The notes under the pieces: model-generated
What the model saw: only the letters and a program-made list of their open reading frames with translations
Database searches by the model: none
Told to the model about the DNA's origin: nothing
Shown here: one piece after another, positions 7,027 to 17,004 of the stretch
Position numbering within the stretch: the stretch's first letter is position 1
Layout of the letters: each line of letters begins with the position of its first letter
Origin: a virus
Taxonomy: Duplodnaviria; Caudoviricetes
DNA: 64,000 nucleotides
Strand: one strand, 5' to 3'
IMG/VR virus record: IMGVR_UViG_3300037851_000141
Span: 192,001-256,000 of that record
Made by a program: the position numbers and the translations under genes

Positions 7027-8343
7027 TTAGTTATCAACTGTTATCACTTTGGTTGTTGGGTCAAGATGGACTCTAAGCTCATCTCCGTCCAGAGTATAGA
7101 AACCAGTTTCCTTCCAGTAGAAACCCTTCCTATTTAACTCTAACTTACGTAATTTGGGAGGTATGTCGGGTAAGGTCTGTTCGTGGTTGCACGACGCATT
7201 ATAGTCTGCGTCGTCAGAAAAGCCACAACCTCGACAGATGTAAATCTTACCCTTCCTATTACTCTTACGTACCAATCCGCAACAACTACACCGTTGACTT
7301 CTGTAAGTACAAGACTGTAAAGTGAAGTGGACCCCAGCCTCTTCACAGCGGCTACTTACTTTGTCTCTGATGAGTGTGTTTGTCCAGTGGGACATCTTAC
7401 GACTCGTTCTACGACCATAGTTTATGTTATTTATCTCTTCCAACTTTAGATGCTTGATGTTCATTAAGTTTAGTTGGTTGACTGACCAATTAATGAAGTT
7501 CTCACGGTGAGATTGGGCTTTAAGGAAGGCTCGACTTCCTTTACGTTTGGCACTCAATTTATCTATAATAGAATCTAATGAGTGTCCATGAGAGTCTGTC
7601 TTTGGTGTTGTTTGTCTGTCCGACAACGATATTATTGTCAATTTACCTTGGTCAGCACCAACATCAACACCTTTGGTCTTAGGTGGAACATCTTTTTCCC
7701 ACCGTAGATTTACGAAGTTGGTTCCGATGAGGAACGAGTTGAGCATCTTCCAATCAGCATATTTTGAGTTATGTTTGTGGAATCTTATAGGTAGTTTGAT
7801 ATGACCATATTCATCACCGATACATTTGAGTCTGAGGACTCCGTTGAAATATGATGTATTTTGGGTTGGTTCCCAATCTATACATTTGCTTGATAATTCT
7901 GGGTTGATATTACTAAGATCAGGCTTTAGAGCCTGGAATTTCTGTAGATTTTGATATAGTCTCTCATTATAAACTCCTTCATCACAGAGTTTATTGAATA
8001 CCCATAATCTTCGTCTACGGACTTCCGTAGTTGCTGATATACATCCAGCAACCTGAGTTACCAGAGAGGATAATGCTCGGGCTGATAGTGGAGTTTGAAT
8101 ACCAAACAATTTGTAATCTATGAAACTTGGAGTTTCAAGGTTATCATCTTTGATAGAGAACTGATGCTCTGTAGATACTCCAGTTTCTTTATTTGTAGTA
8201 GTCCACTTGTATCCATGTTCCCAAATAAGGTCAACTATGAGTTGCCCAACTCTACGATACTCGGCAATAAACTTGTTCAACTTGTCAAGTTTATTCTTAT
8301 TTGTATCTTTAAGAGAATGAGAAGTTGACCGTATAGTAGTCAT
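7027..8343 (-). CDS. tnpB: TnpB/Cas12f-like RNA-guided RuvC endonuclease
   Basis: VGADQG (RuvC I), KLEEIN (RuvC II), SQRCSCCG..YICRGCGFSDDADYNAS (Zn finger + RuvC III). Confidence 0.85.
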   Translation of the reverse strand: MTTIRSTSHSLKDTNKNKLDKLNKFIAEYRRVGQLIVDLIWEHGYKWTTTNKETGVSTEHQFSIKDDNLETPSFIDYKLFGIQTPLSARALSSLVTQVAGCISATTEVRRRRLWVFNKLCDEGVYNERLYQNLQKFQALKPDLSNINPELSSKCIDWEPTQNTSYFNGVLRLKCIGDEYGHIKLPIRFHKHNSKYADWKMLNSFLIGTNFVNLRWEKDVPPKTKGVDVGADQGKLTIISLSDRQTTPKTDSHGHSLDSIIDKLSAKRKGSRAFLKAQSHRENFINWSVNQLNLMNIKHLKLEEINNINYGRRTSRKMSHWTNTLIRDKVSSRCEEAGVHFTLQSCTYRSQRCSCCGLVRKSNRKGKIYICRGCGFSDDADYNASCNHEQTLPDIPPKLRKLELNRKGFYWKETGFYTLDGDELRVHLDPTTKVITVDN

Positions 8344-8519
8344 AGTTTGATAATTATGTCCTTGACATTAAGAGTAACATAGCGTATAAATTCAGAGGTA
8401 GAATGGAATCCAAATTTAACAGCATTTTGTTCGATAAGTTCTTTTTCATGTTTAGAGACACGGAATCCGTAGTTTATCTCTTTATCTTTAGGTTTTTTAG
8501 TTTGGGGTTTATTTGTCAT
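8340..8519 (-). CDS. Ribbon-helix-helix DNA-binding protein coupled to tnpB
   Basis: INYGFRVSKHEKELIEQNAVKFGFHSTSEFIRYVTL; AGAAAGGA RBS; ATGA overlap with tnpB start. Confidence 0.7.
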   Translation of the reverse strand: MTNKPQTKKPKDKEINYGFRVSKHEKELIEQNAVKFGFHSTSEFIRYVTLNVKDIIIKL

Positions 8520-8581
8520 TAGTAATCCTTTCTTACTTGTATTTATATATCTATTATACAATGTTTGCTAACTTTTTTCTC

Positions 8582-8609
8582 TTGATTTTATATTTGAGTT
8601 AGGTATAAT
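8582..8609 (+). promoter_or_regulatory. Sigma70-type promoter for tRNA-Val
   Basis: TTGATT, 16-nt spacer, TATAAT. Confidence 0.5.
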
Positions 8610-8678
8610 TTTATTTAGATGATAACAAACTTATACATTTCACATGAAATGACTTTAGACTATACTAAACTGTCGTAT

Positions 8679-8754
8679 GGGCGCTTCAGTATAATGGCTA
8701 GTACATCTGTTTTACACGCAGAAGATGGGGGTTCGATTCCCTCAGCGCCCACCA
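8679..8754 (+). tRNA. tRNA-Val(UAC)
   Basis: GGGCGCT/AGCGCCC, TCTGT-TTTACAC-GCAGA, TTCGATT, encoded ACCA. Confidence 0.92.
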
Positions 8755-8760
8755 AATAAA

Positions 8761-8795
8761 ATCCACTAAATCTTAACTGGTTTGGTGGATTTTTT
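8761..8795 (+). terminator. Intrinsic terminator after tRNA-Val
   Basis: ATCCACTAAA/TTTGGTGGAT stem followed by T-tract. Confidence 0.75.
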
Positions 8796-8827
8796 GTTTG
8801 TATTCTTATATATTTTGATTATAATGA

Positions 8828-9319
8828 TTGACCACAAAAAGGAATCAAATGGAAGAATCAGATTACGAAAATGACAAATATAATGACTTGCTGGAGAATT
8901 ACGTAATACCAAGATTAAATGTAATTATAAGTACCCTGATACAAGAGAATCCTGGTAAAAATCATCAAGAACTTATGACAGAAGCACTAAAGCTGGTGTT
9001 TACTGATGATATAAAGGAAAAGTTTTTAGAATTGGGAATTGATACTGATACTTGTAAACTTGATGTATCATTCTTTTTTATTAGTGATGATTCGGTTCGT
9101 GGTAATATTATTGAATCATTATCTGAAGCTACGGATGATACAGAGCGGCTTTCAGTTATAGATAAATATATGGCTGAAACCGATCATTATAAACTTATGG
9201 ATGCTACTGTTGATAATGTATCTATTGATGCTGTAGAACTTAAGCCAAGACTATCAATAGATGACGTTGAACCTATTTCGGAGGAAGACTTTAGAAAGGC
9301 ATTTGAAAATGGAAATTGA
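8828..9319 (+). CDS. Acidic hypothetical protein (start may be 8849)
   Basis: ORF track; overlaps next gene. Confidence 0.6.
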   Translation: MTTKRNQMEESDYENDKYNDLLENYVIPRLNVIISTLIQENPGKNHQELMTEALKLVFTDDIKEKFLELGIDTDTCKLDVSFFFISDDSVRGNIIESLSEATDDTERLSVIDKYMAETDHYKLMDATVDNVSIDAVELKPRLSIDDVEPISEEDFRKAFENGN

Positions 9320-9848
9320 ATATATACATGGTGATTTGTTTGATAACTTAGAAGATATAAACTATCCTGTTGTAATCCCGCATTGCTGTAACGACGTTTG
9401 TGCTTGGGGTGCGGGATTTGTTACTGCTATATCTAATAAATGGGCTGAACCAGAGATTGAATATAAGAAATGGCATTATAATAAGACTGTAAATAGGTTT
9501 AATAAGAATCGTCCATTTTGTCTTGGTGAGGTTGATTATGTACAAGTTAGGAAGAGTCCATTTATTTTTGTTGCTAATATGATAGGTCAGCGCGGCGTGG
9601 TTAGCTCGAATAATCATAAACCAATCAGATATCTATCATTAGCTAATTGTATGAATGATGTTGCTCACACCGTAAATGGATTAAACAACTATTTTCGAAA
9701 CAAATATCCAGATAATCATAAACCAATTCAGATATATGCTCCTAAATTTGGTGCTGGTTTGGCCCAAGGTAATTGGAGTTTTATTGAAGAGTTGATAACT
9801 GAGATTTGGGTTGATCGTGGTATTCAAGTTAAAGTTTTCGTAATATAG
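9309..9848 (+). CDS. Macrodomain (ADP-ribose binding/hydrolase)
   Basis: EYIHGDLF..IPHCCNDVCAWGAGFVTAI..VANMIGQ..IYAPKFGAGLAQGNW. Confidence 0.88.
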   Translation: MEIEYIHGDLFDNLEDINYPVVIPHCCNDVCAWGAGFVTAISNKWAEPEIEYKKWHYNKTVNRFNKNRPFCLGEVDYVQVRKSPFIFVANMIGQRGVVSSNNHKPIRYLSLANCMNDVAHTVNGLNNYFRNKYPDNHKPIQIYAPKFGAGLAQGNWSFIEELITEIWVDRGIQVKVFVI

Positions 9849-9857
9849 AAAGACATT

Positions 9858-11357
9858 ATGACCTCTCAACAAATTGACCAAAAGACCAAGATTCTAAATG
9901 AAGTTTTTGGATATGAAACATTTAGAAAAGGTCAGGAAGAGATTATTGATGCTGTAATGGATGATAATAATAAAGGTGTATTGGTTGTTATGCCTACTGG
10001 CGGTGGTAAAAGTATAACATTCCAAATACCGGCGTTGATGATGAAGAATATGACTTTGGTTATTAGCCCATTGATTTCTCTAATGAAAGACCAAGTTGAC
10101 ACATTAGAGAAAAAAGGCGTCAACGTAGCCTATTATAATTCCAGCATGACGGAGAAACAAAAGAAAGAAACCATCAATAGCATACAGCTTGGAATTGTCA
10201 ATCTGTTATATGTTGCTCCAGAGAGATTTGATGATGAAAACTTTATGCTATTGGTTGAAAGTGTTGGTGTTGATTTAATAGCAATCGATGAGGCACATTG
10301 TATCTCATTCTACGGACACGATTTCCGACCATCATATCTTAGGATTCGTGAAGTTATTGAAAGATTGCGGCCTCGCCAAGTTATTGCTGTTACTGCGACT
10401 GCTCCACCCAAAGTACAAACAGATATATGCGAAAAGTTGGGTATTCCGAAGGCTAAAAAGTTTATTCGTGGTATATATCGTGATAACCTTATTATAAAGA
10501 TAAACATTTTAGATAGTGGCGGTAATTATAGGGTAAACAAGATTATAAGCAAGTTAAAGTCTTATCATGAAAATGGGATAAAGACTGGAATTGTTTATGT
10601 TGCTACACGAAAAGCAGCAGAAGGTATGCACGCCCTTTTAAAATCCAGAGGTATCGAATCTGTCGTATATCATGCTGGTTTGGAGGATAAAGAACGAACC
10701 AAAGTACAAGAAGAATGGTTCAAGAAAGGTGGTACTGTTATAGCTACTATCGCTTTCGGTATGGGAGTTGATAAAGCTGATGTAAGATTTGTTATACACG
10801 CAAATATGTCTGGAAGTATTGAAGCGTGGTCGCAGGAGTGCGGTCGTTGTGGTCGGGACGGTGAACCAGCAGTTTGTACATCATTTATTAGTCGTGGCGA
10901 AGATTATAGAACGCATATGTATTTTATTGATCTTAGTAATCCTCCGAGTGAACGAGTAAGAAAGTTTTGGTATGCTTTAAATGAGTTTGCCAGAAATAAG
11001 AAACCAAATGAAGATGAAGTTATATTGGATATGACTCAGAAAGATATGGAAGAGGCATTTGATTTTGAGAATGGAATGGTTAGTGGATGTATTGGGGTAT
11101 TAAAGAGATATCAGTTGGTTAAGACTCTTGGGCGTGGTAAATACATGGTCAAGACGTATGAAGATCCAGACCGCGCCCGTATTAACTATGCTGATATTGA
11201 TAAAAAGCGTCAAGATAAGATTGATAAGTTAAATGAGACATTGGAGTTTATGTATAATGACTCTGAGTGTAGGTTTAAGCAGATTGGTAAATATTTTGGT
11301 ATAGATGATGATATTCGTTGTAAAAAATGTGACGTATGCTTAGGGGAGGTTGAATGA
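9858..11357 (+). CDS. recQ: RecQ-family DNA helicase
   Basis: MPTGGGKS, AIDEAHCISFYGHDFRPSY, ATIAFGMGVDK, QECGRCGRDG, C-terminal Zn Cys motif. Confidence 0.95.
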   Translation: MTSQQIDQKTKILNEVFGYETFRKGQEEIIDAVMDDNNKGVLVVMPTGGGKSITFQIPALMMKNMTLVISPLISLMKDQVDTLEKKGVNVAYYNSSMTEKQKKETINSIQLGIVNLLYVAPERFDDENFMLLVESVGVDLIAIDEAHCISFYGHDFRPSYLRIREVIERLRPRQVIAVTATAPPKVQTDICEKLGIPKAKKFIRGIYRDNLIIKINILDSGGNYRVNKIISKLKSYHENGIKTGIVYVATRKAAEGMHALLKSRGIESVVYHAGLEDKERTKVQEEWFKKGGTVIATIAFGMGVDKADVRFVIHANMSGSIEAWSQECGRCGRDGEPAVCTSFISRGEDYRTHMYFIDLSNPPSERVRKFWYALNEFARNKKPNEDEVILDMTQKDMEEAFDFENGMVSGCIGVLKRYQLVKTLGRGKYMVKTYEDPDRARINYADIDKKRQDKIDKLNETLEFMYNDSECRFKQIGKYFGIDDDIRCKKCDVCLGEVE

Positions 11358-11542
11358 ACAAGGTTATTATAATATTATTTTTTGGATTTCTTGGTTGGTT
11401 CTTTTATCAGGCATCGTTATTACAAGCATCTTTAGGGTTGAATGTTATATTTATTCTATATGCTGTTTACATTTTTACGTCGGTTATATATGAGAACTAT
11501 ATAAATAAGGATGAGGAATCAGATAATGGATCTAAAGAATAA
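11354..11542 (+). CDS. Small membrane protein
   Basis: Two hydrophobic segments, ATGA overlap. Confidence 0.55.
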   Translation: MNKVIIILFFGFLGWFFYQASLLQASLGLNVIFILYAVYIFTSVIYENYINKDEESDNGSKE

Positions 11543-12278
11543 GATTAAGGAATTGTTTATTGAATCGATGACTGGTGCCGATCCTTTTAGTAATTCTGGT
11601 GGTGGCGGGAAGAATGGTACTGTTGTAAACATGGGTGATAAAGATTCTGCTAATAGAAGAGATGATACGAGAAGAAAAAGAGTTGAACGAGAAAGAGCAA
11701 AAAGATTAAAAGGCAAGAAATCCGGTAAAACTGTTAAGAATGAAGAACCAATAGATCCAAGATCACTTCTATTAGGTGAATTCCGCTTTACATTAAAAGA
11801 ATCATTTATAAACAAGCTTATTGAATATGTTGTAACCAGAAAAACGTCAATTTTGCGTGATGCTCTTGATTTGATGGAAGAATATCCTCAATTAAAGAAA
11901 CACATTATAGAAGAGAGTAAAAAGGCCCTTCCTGAGCGTGGATTTTCTGTTTATGTATGTCGAGAGAGTACATTAAACGAAGAAATAGGGAGTGCCGGGG
12001 AGAGAACTGGAAATGGCCCTCATCGTTGGTATTTATCTGAAATGTCTGCTGTATCGCATAAGGGTGGTTTAGAATCTTATTATGTTATGGAAGCTAAGGT
12101 TAATCCATCACATACATTGTTATATGTTCCAGCATTTACTAAAGATATGGAAAAATTGATATTAAGTGGTAAAATAGATGAGCCGAATGATAATGTCCTT
12201 AGATTGGCGAGAAAAATGGGCGAAATAGTACTCGTTCCAGAAGTCAACCAAGGACAAATCATAAGACTTTGCCAATAA
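11526..12278 (+). CDS. Hypothetical protein
   Basis: ORF track; start moved to MDLK after GAGG RBS. Confidence 0.65.
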   Translation: MDLKNKIKELFIESMTGADPFSNSGGGGKNGTVVNMGDKDSANRRDDTRRKRVERERAKRLKGKKSGKTVKNEEPIDPRSLLLGEFRFTLKESFINKLIEYVVTRKTSILRDALDLMEEYPQLKKHIIEESKKALPERGFSVYVCRESTLNEEIGSAGERTGNGPHRWYLSEMSAVSHKGGLESYYVMEAKVNPSHTLLYVPAFTKDMEKLILSGKIDEPNDNVLRLARKMGEIVLVPEVNQGQIIRLCQ

Positions 12279-12718
12279 AGGACTTAGATATGTCAGAAGA
12301 AGTTAAGAAACAATCAAATCCAACTCCACCAGATGACTTAAAGTTGCGCGGATTAGATGCTTTAATGTCTGCGTCTCAAGGTTGGAAACAAATAGTATCT
12401 GGTAAGAAAGAAACTCGTCAAGAACGTATTATAAAAGAGAATCAAGAACTTTCTGCTGCTATTAAATCTGGTAAGAATCCAAATGAAGTACATGGTTATC
12501 GTCCTGGAGATGAAGAAACATATTCTGAAGTACCATCATCTCGTCAATTGAAAGAAAGCTATAAACAATCAGCAGCCAATAGAAAAGTATTTAACGGAAC
12601 TGCTGATCAGGTTGCTCTAAAAATGGTTGTGTTGTTTGAAAAAGAATCAAGAGTAAAGATTCTTAAAGTCGAGCAATCAGGATATAATACATTCAAGATA
12701 ACATATGAAGTTGGTTGA
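12269..12718 (+). CDS. Hypothetical protein
   Basis: ORF track. Confidence 0.6.
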   Translation: MPIKDLDMSEEVKKQSNPTPPDDLKLRGLDALMSASQGWKQIVSGKKETRQERIIKENQELSAAIKSGKNPNEVHGYRPGDEETYSEVPSSRQLKESYKQSAANRKVFNGTADQVALKMVVLFEKESRVKILKVEQSGYNTFKITYEVG

Positions 12719-12722
12719 TTGA

Positions 12723-15710
12723 CTATAAATGTTCTGGTCGTTTATCTACAACATTATCAACTTGTTTCATATTTGATTTGACATCCCTTGCAGCTTGTTT
12801 TATCCCTGTTGATGGGAAGCTACCGTTTCTGCCAGTAGATTGCCAAGCAGCATCTAATCCAGCCGAAGCTAATTTAGATAATGTGTCAAATATTCCAGAA
12901 CCAGTATATCCGGCAACTTTTTTCAATCTGTTTAAGGCATTTTTAGCCGCAACTTTAAGATTAACAGAGCCACCAACGATTGTAGCTGGCGTTTTTCTCT
13001 TAACCATAGATTTTGTAGCAGGGTCAAATTTATAGTAATGTTTCATATTTGCTATATGTTTTTTTCTAATCATTTCAGAGTTAAAGTCATTACCAACTGG
13101 CCAAGATTCAATTATATCTGGGTTGAATCTGGCCGCCGCTAATGTTTCTATTGAATTTTGTAGATTCTTTTTCTGTTTATATGTAAGTATATCCCAATCG
13201 GCATTCTGATATTTTTCAATGTTTTCTCTGACATTTCTGAAATATTTTTTAACTGCTTCATCTTGGATTTTATCTTCACGTTGGTCTTGTTTTTTGTCTT
13301 CTGTTCCACTATATCCCCAACCACGATCATCTCTCCATTCAATATCGGCTGAGTTTAACTTATCTTCAATTGTTGCTGATGATTTCTTTGGTCTTAATTT
13401 TTCATTTTGAGATGGATTGCCAGCGAATGAAAGATATTCAAGTCCATTTTTAGAATTTAGAGCGGCAATAAGGCTACGACCAATGAATGTTTTTAAGTCA
13501 TCGCCAGTTATTGATTTAACTGCTTTAGGTACTTGTCCTTCTTTATCTGACCAGTATGGATTTTTCCCAATTTTATATAATTTATAACCAGCTTTGGATA
13601 ATTTATCTTCAACTGACGTATCATCCATAATCATATTTGATGTTGAAGGGTATGAATTTGATGCTAATGGATCTTCTTTTAAGTCAAGTTCTTGTTTTTG
13701 AGTCTTATCTACGCCAGCTACAACTTTATCTTGTTCTTCCATTTTTTGTTTATCGTTTAATAGTTGATGGGCTTTAAGTACCATTCTTCCATTTAATATA
13801 CCAACATCGGACAAGTCAAGTTTCTTATTTTCTGTAAGTTTTCTTGCCTCGTTAAGTTGTTCTTTTGGTTGAGCTACATATTCCCATTTTCCCAAATCAT
13901 CATCGTATGAAAATCCTGTTGTTTCCATAGCAGTTGATATCTGTTCAGGTCCAACAATAGGATCACCAACATCATCAGTCTTTATATAATCAAGATTTCC
14001 AAGAGCAGCAAGATAAGAACGACCAGTTAATGACATTTTGTTTTCATTTTTTGTATATAGTTGTTCGGGTATGGTCATGCTTTGATTGAGCCATACATTT
14101 TTATCTGAATACCAGTCATAAAGAAGGTTATTCATTTGTTCTAATACGTTTTCGGACGACATTACTGGAATCCATAGTGATTTTTCTTCGTCCAAGTTAA
14201 ACTTATTAGCCTCTTTTATATTATGAGCTAAAGCAAGAATGAATCTGGCTTGATAATCTTTTATTTTTTCAGTATCTTGTGGGTTTGATAGTGGGACGGT
14301 GATATATCCTAATCCATCTCCTGTTGCTGTGGTATTTCCAGTAGTTCTTATTGGTGTTGATTCTGGATCATTAGAAATAGCAGGTTTTGGTAATGAAGAG
14401 TCGCCATCAATTGATCTTTGGGTTTCAATTGGTGGTAATTCTGGTTTTTTTTCGGCATCTTGATTATCAGTTCCACCACCGCCACCACCAGCATTATCAT
14501 CTTTCTTTTTAGATACTTTAATCCATTTCTTAGATTCATCATCATATGTATATCCAAACTTATACATCATTTTTTCAATACCATAACGGTCAATTATATA
14601 CGCTTTACCACCGGGTTCTTTTTCAAGTGCTTTTTTTTGTTGGTGTTTGGATGCTAATACTTCTCTTGCTATTTGTATTTTAGAATAACGCTTCCATTTT
14701 TCAAGAAGGTTTGTATATTTTTCTGGAAGATCAAGATCGGCCATGTTATTATCAGTTTCATTGAAGAAATTTATAGCATGTGATGATATTGATATTCTTT
14801 CTTCTTTTGTCATTTCATCTGGATTATACCCCAATTTAGTTAAAGCTCTATTACATGCTTCATAACAATCAGAATATGTAAGGAATCTTGTTCGTCCGAT
14901 TGATTCTTTTAGTTCTTGAGTTTCATTTTCATTTTTTTCTTTTTTAGCTATTTTTATAATAATGTCTTCAAGTTCTTCTTCTGACATTGAATTTAGATCA
15001 TCGATATCATACCCATTATCTTCAAGAGTCCGAGCAAGATCACCCATAGGTCCACCCCATAGGTCTTCTTTAGCTTGTTGATATTTATTACGTTCTATGT
15101 CTTTCTGACGATATTCCCCATCTTGAGTCATCTGAACAGTCCAAGGTTTATAATTACTTACTTTTGGAGCAACCATAACAATAGCAGGATCACCATTTTT
15201 ACTTCCTATTTGAGCAACGCCATCACCCGTAGAAAGGTTATTTGGTACAGCGCCATAAACTCTTGTACCTTGGCGACTCTTACCACCAAGCATGCCATCG
15301 CCTAATCCACCATATCCTGGAGTTGATCCGCCACCAGTTGAGCCTCTACCAGCAACACTATATGCTAATCTTGAACCAGAGTTTGGACCATACCCAGCAG
15401 TAGAAAGCATAAACATATCAACATATTCTGATAACAATTCCATATTATCATTTTGGTGTTTATCGAATATAGAGTTGATTGCTGTATTTTTTTCTTCTTC
15501 AGTTAATTCGCCATAAACCGGGTGATTATATACGAAATGCTTTATTTTCTTCCAAGTATCATTTTCTTCCAAGTGAGAATTTGGAGTATTTGCGTAGACT
15601 GCTTTCATTTGTTCTTTAGCATCAGTTTCGGTGGCATGTGTACCTAAAACCTTACCAGAAACGGTTTCAACAGCCCATTTACCGTCTTTTTTTACGATTT
15701 TGTATGGCAT
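12723..15710 (-). CDS. 995-aa late protein with degenerate internal repeats, probably virion-associated
   Basis: TATAAATA at 15736-15743; repeated GRSxxAAL...EDKL..xG(Y/F)xYDD..W modules. Confidence 0.75.
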   Translation of the reverse strand: MPYKIVKKDGKWAVETVSGKVLGTHATETDAKEQMKAVYANTPNSHLEENDTWKKIKHFVYNHPVYGELTEEEKNTAINSIFDKHQNDNMELLSEYVDMFMLSTAGYGPNSGSRLAYSVAGRGSTGGGSTPGYGGLGDGMLGGKSRQGTRVYGAVPNNLSTGDGVAQIGSKNGDPAIVMVAPKVSNYKPWTVQMTQDGEYRQKDIERNKYQQAKEDLWGGPMGDLARTLEDNGYDIDDLNSMSEEELEDIIIKIAKKEKNENETQELKESIGRTRFLTYSDCYEACNRALTKLGYNPDEMTKEERISISSHAINFFNETDNNMADLDLPEKYTNLLEKWKRYSKIQIAREVLASKHQQKKALEKEPGGKAYIIDRYGIEKMMYKFGYTYDDESKKWIKVSKKKDDNAGGGGGGTDNQDAEKKPELPPIETQRSIDGDSSLPKPAISNDPESTPIRTTGNTTATGDGLGYITVPLSNPQDTEKIKDYQARFILALAHNIKEANKFNLDEEKSLWIPVMSSENVLEQMNNLLYDWYSDKNVWLNQSMTIPEQLYTKNENKMSLTGRSYLAALGNLDYIKTDDVGDPIVGPEQISTAMETTGFSYDDDLGKWEYVAQPKEQLNEARKLTENKKLDLSDVGILNGRMVLKAHQLLNDKQKMEEQDKVVAGVDKTQKQELDLKEDPLASNSYPSTSNMIMDDTSVEDKLSKAGYKLYKIGKNPYWSDKEGQVPKAVKSITGDDLKTFIGRSLIAALNSKNGLEYLSFAGNPSQNEKLRPKKSSATIEDKLNSADIEWRDDRGWGYSGTEDKKQDQREDKIQDEAVKKYFRNVRENIEKYQNADWDILTYKQKKNLQNSIETLAAARFNPDIIESWPVGNDFNSEMIRKKHIANMKHYYKFDPATKSMVKRKTPATIVGGSVNLKVAAKNALNRLKKVAGYTGSGIFDTLSKLASAGLDAAWQSTGRNGSFPSTGIKQAARDVKSNMKQVDNVVDKRPEHL

Positions 15711-15755
15711 CGAATATACTCCCTAAATCAAACAGTATTTATATATATTTTAGGG

Positions 15756-16040
15756 TTAACGAACAAGACGATCTAATAAATGTCCTAAATAGTTATCTTC
15801 TTCGGCTTTGTTTAGTAGGTCAATTACTGCTTTAATCCTATCTCGTTCAATTTCATCCATTTGATAAAATTTCATATTATCACCGAATTCCATTTGATAA
15901 TCTTCAAGTTCATCAGTATCATGACAGAATATAATTTCTCCGTCATTCTCAATCGCATACTTACAATTTATTGATTCTTCTAATGCTTCAACATCATGTA
16001 TTAGTAATAAATCAAGAGGTAAGCGTAGGTATGATTCCAT
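15756..16040 (-). CDS. Hypothetical acidic protein
   Basis: Start moved to MESYL. Confidence 0.6.
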   Translation of the reverse strand: MESYLRLPLDLLLIHDVEALEESINCKYAIENDGEIIFCHDTDELEDYQMEFGDNMKFYQMDEIERDRIKAVIDLLNKAEEDNYLGHLLDRLVR

Positions 16041-16056
16041 CTTATTCCCTTGCTTG

Positions 16057-16782
16057 TTATTTATCACTTCCTTCAAGGAGGATTGCTTGTTTTTCTTTTT
16101 CTTGCTTTTGTTTTTGGGTGTTAATGTAATCATCTGTTATATCTTTCGTTAGGGTTATATCTATTTCGTAGACACCAGTTGGCCATTTAAGTTCCGTTAG
16201 ATTGAAGCTTACTTTTTGATTATCTACTATTAATTGTCCAGACATTTTTTCTGATAGTTGTCGGCGTCTAATTTCGTTGATTAAGAGTTTTAATGGAACT
16301 TCTTTAATCATATCTGTCATTGTCATAATAGGTTGTTCTTTTTTATCGGCATATTTTACTTGTTCAATTTTTCTATTTAAGATTTCATCTGGTACTTTTG
16401 GAGAATCTGTTGGTTTATTTTCTTTAGCTTTTTCAAGTCTTTCTTTTATTTTTGCTTTTCGTTCTAACATTGATTGATTTTCTTCTTCTTTTTTAAGGAT
16501 TGCTTCATTAGATGATATTTTTGGTTCTTCAATTTTCACAGTTGGTGCTGCCGCCTGAACCGACTCGTATATATCCTTAAATCTCTTAGTAAATTCATCA
16601 ATTGATATTTGTTTTTCATATACAACTGGTTTTTCAAGAAGAAACACTATATCGTTTTTATCGGTATCGGATATTGGTTCTACATAATCTACATAAATAT
16701 GGTCAGATTTATCATCAGGTTTTTTATCTCTATATACATCAATTATCTTAAATTGTTTGGCTATATATGGTTTGATGTTCAT
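16057..16782 (-). CDS. Hypothetical protein
   Basis: ORF track. Confidence 0.65.
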   Translation of the reverse strand: MNIKPYIAKQFKIIDVYRDKKPDDKSDHIYVDYVEPISDTDKNDIVFLLEKPVVYEKQISIDEFTKRFKDIYESVQAAAPTVKIEEPKISSNEAILKKEEENQSMLERKAKIKERLEKAKENKPTDSPKVPDEILNRKIEQVKYADKKEQPIMTMTDMIKEVPLKLLINEIRRRQLSEKMSGQLIVDNQKVSFNLTELKWPTGVYEIDITLTKDITDDYINTQKQKQEKEKQAILLEGSDK

Positions 16783-16997
16783 TCGTCAATCCCCCAACGT
16801 ATATAATGGTTGTTTTTATATAATACTAATGTTATACCAACAAAGTCAAGCCATTCTGTATTATTTTGTAATAGCTTGAGTAAGGCTTTTTCTTTTATCT
16901 GAATGAATGTATGTCCAGATAAGGTTCTTTTATTTATTTGAGTCGTGAGTTTAAGAATCTGCTCATGACCAAAAAATTCTTCTCTGCCAAGTTTCAT
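16779..16997 (-). CDS. Hypothetical protein, possibly leaderless
   Basis: TATAAT ends 6 nt before ATG. Confidence 0.55.
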   Translation of the reverse strand: MKLGREEFFGHEQILKLTTQINKRTLSGHTFIQIKEKALLKLLQNNTEWLDFVGITLVLYKNNHYIRWGIDE

Positions 16998-17004
16998 TCC
17001 TATA

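Larger units (their letters stand above)
6977..8659 (-). mobile_element. Transposase-less TnpB cassette (RHH + TnpB) inserted between tRNA-Gly and tRNA-Val; ends approximate
   Basis: Antisense to the tRNA array; putative right end TCAA at 6980-6977; flanks 6956-6971 and 8659-8674 are complementary. Confidence 0.55.
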
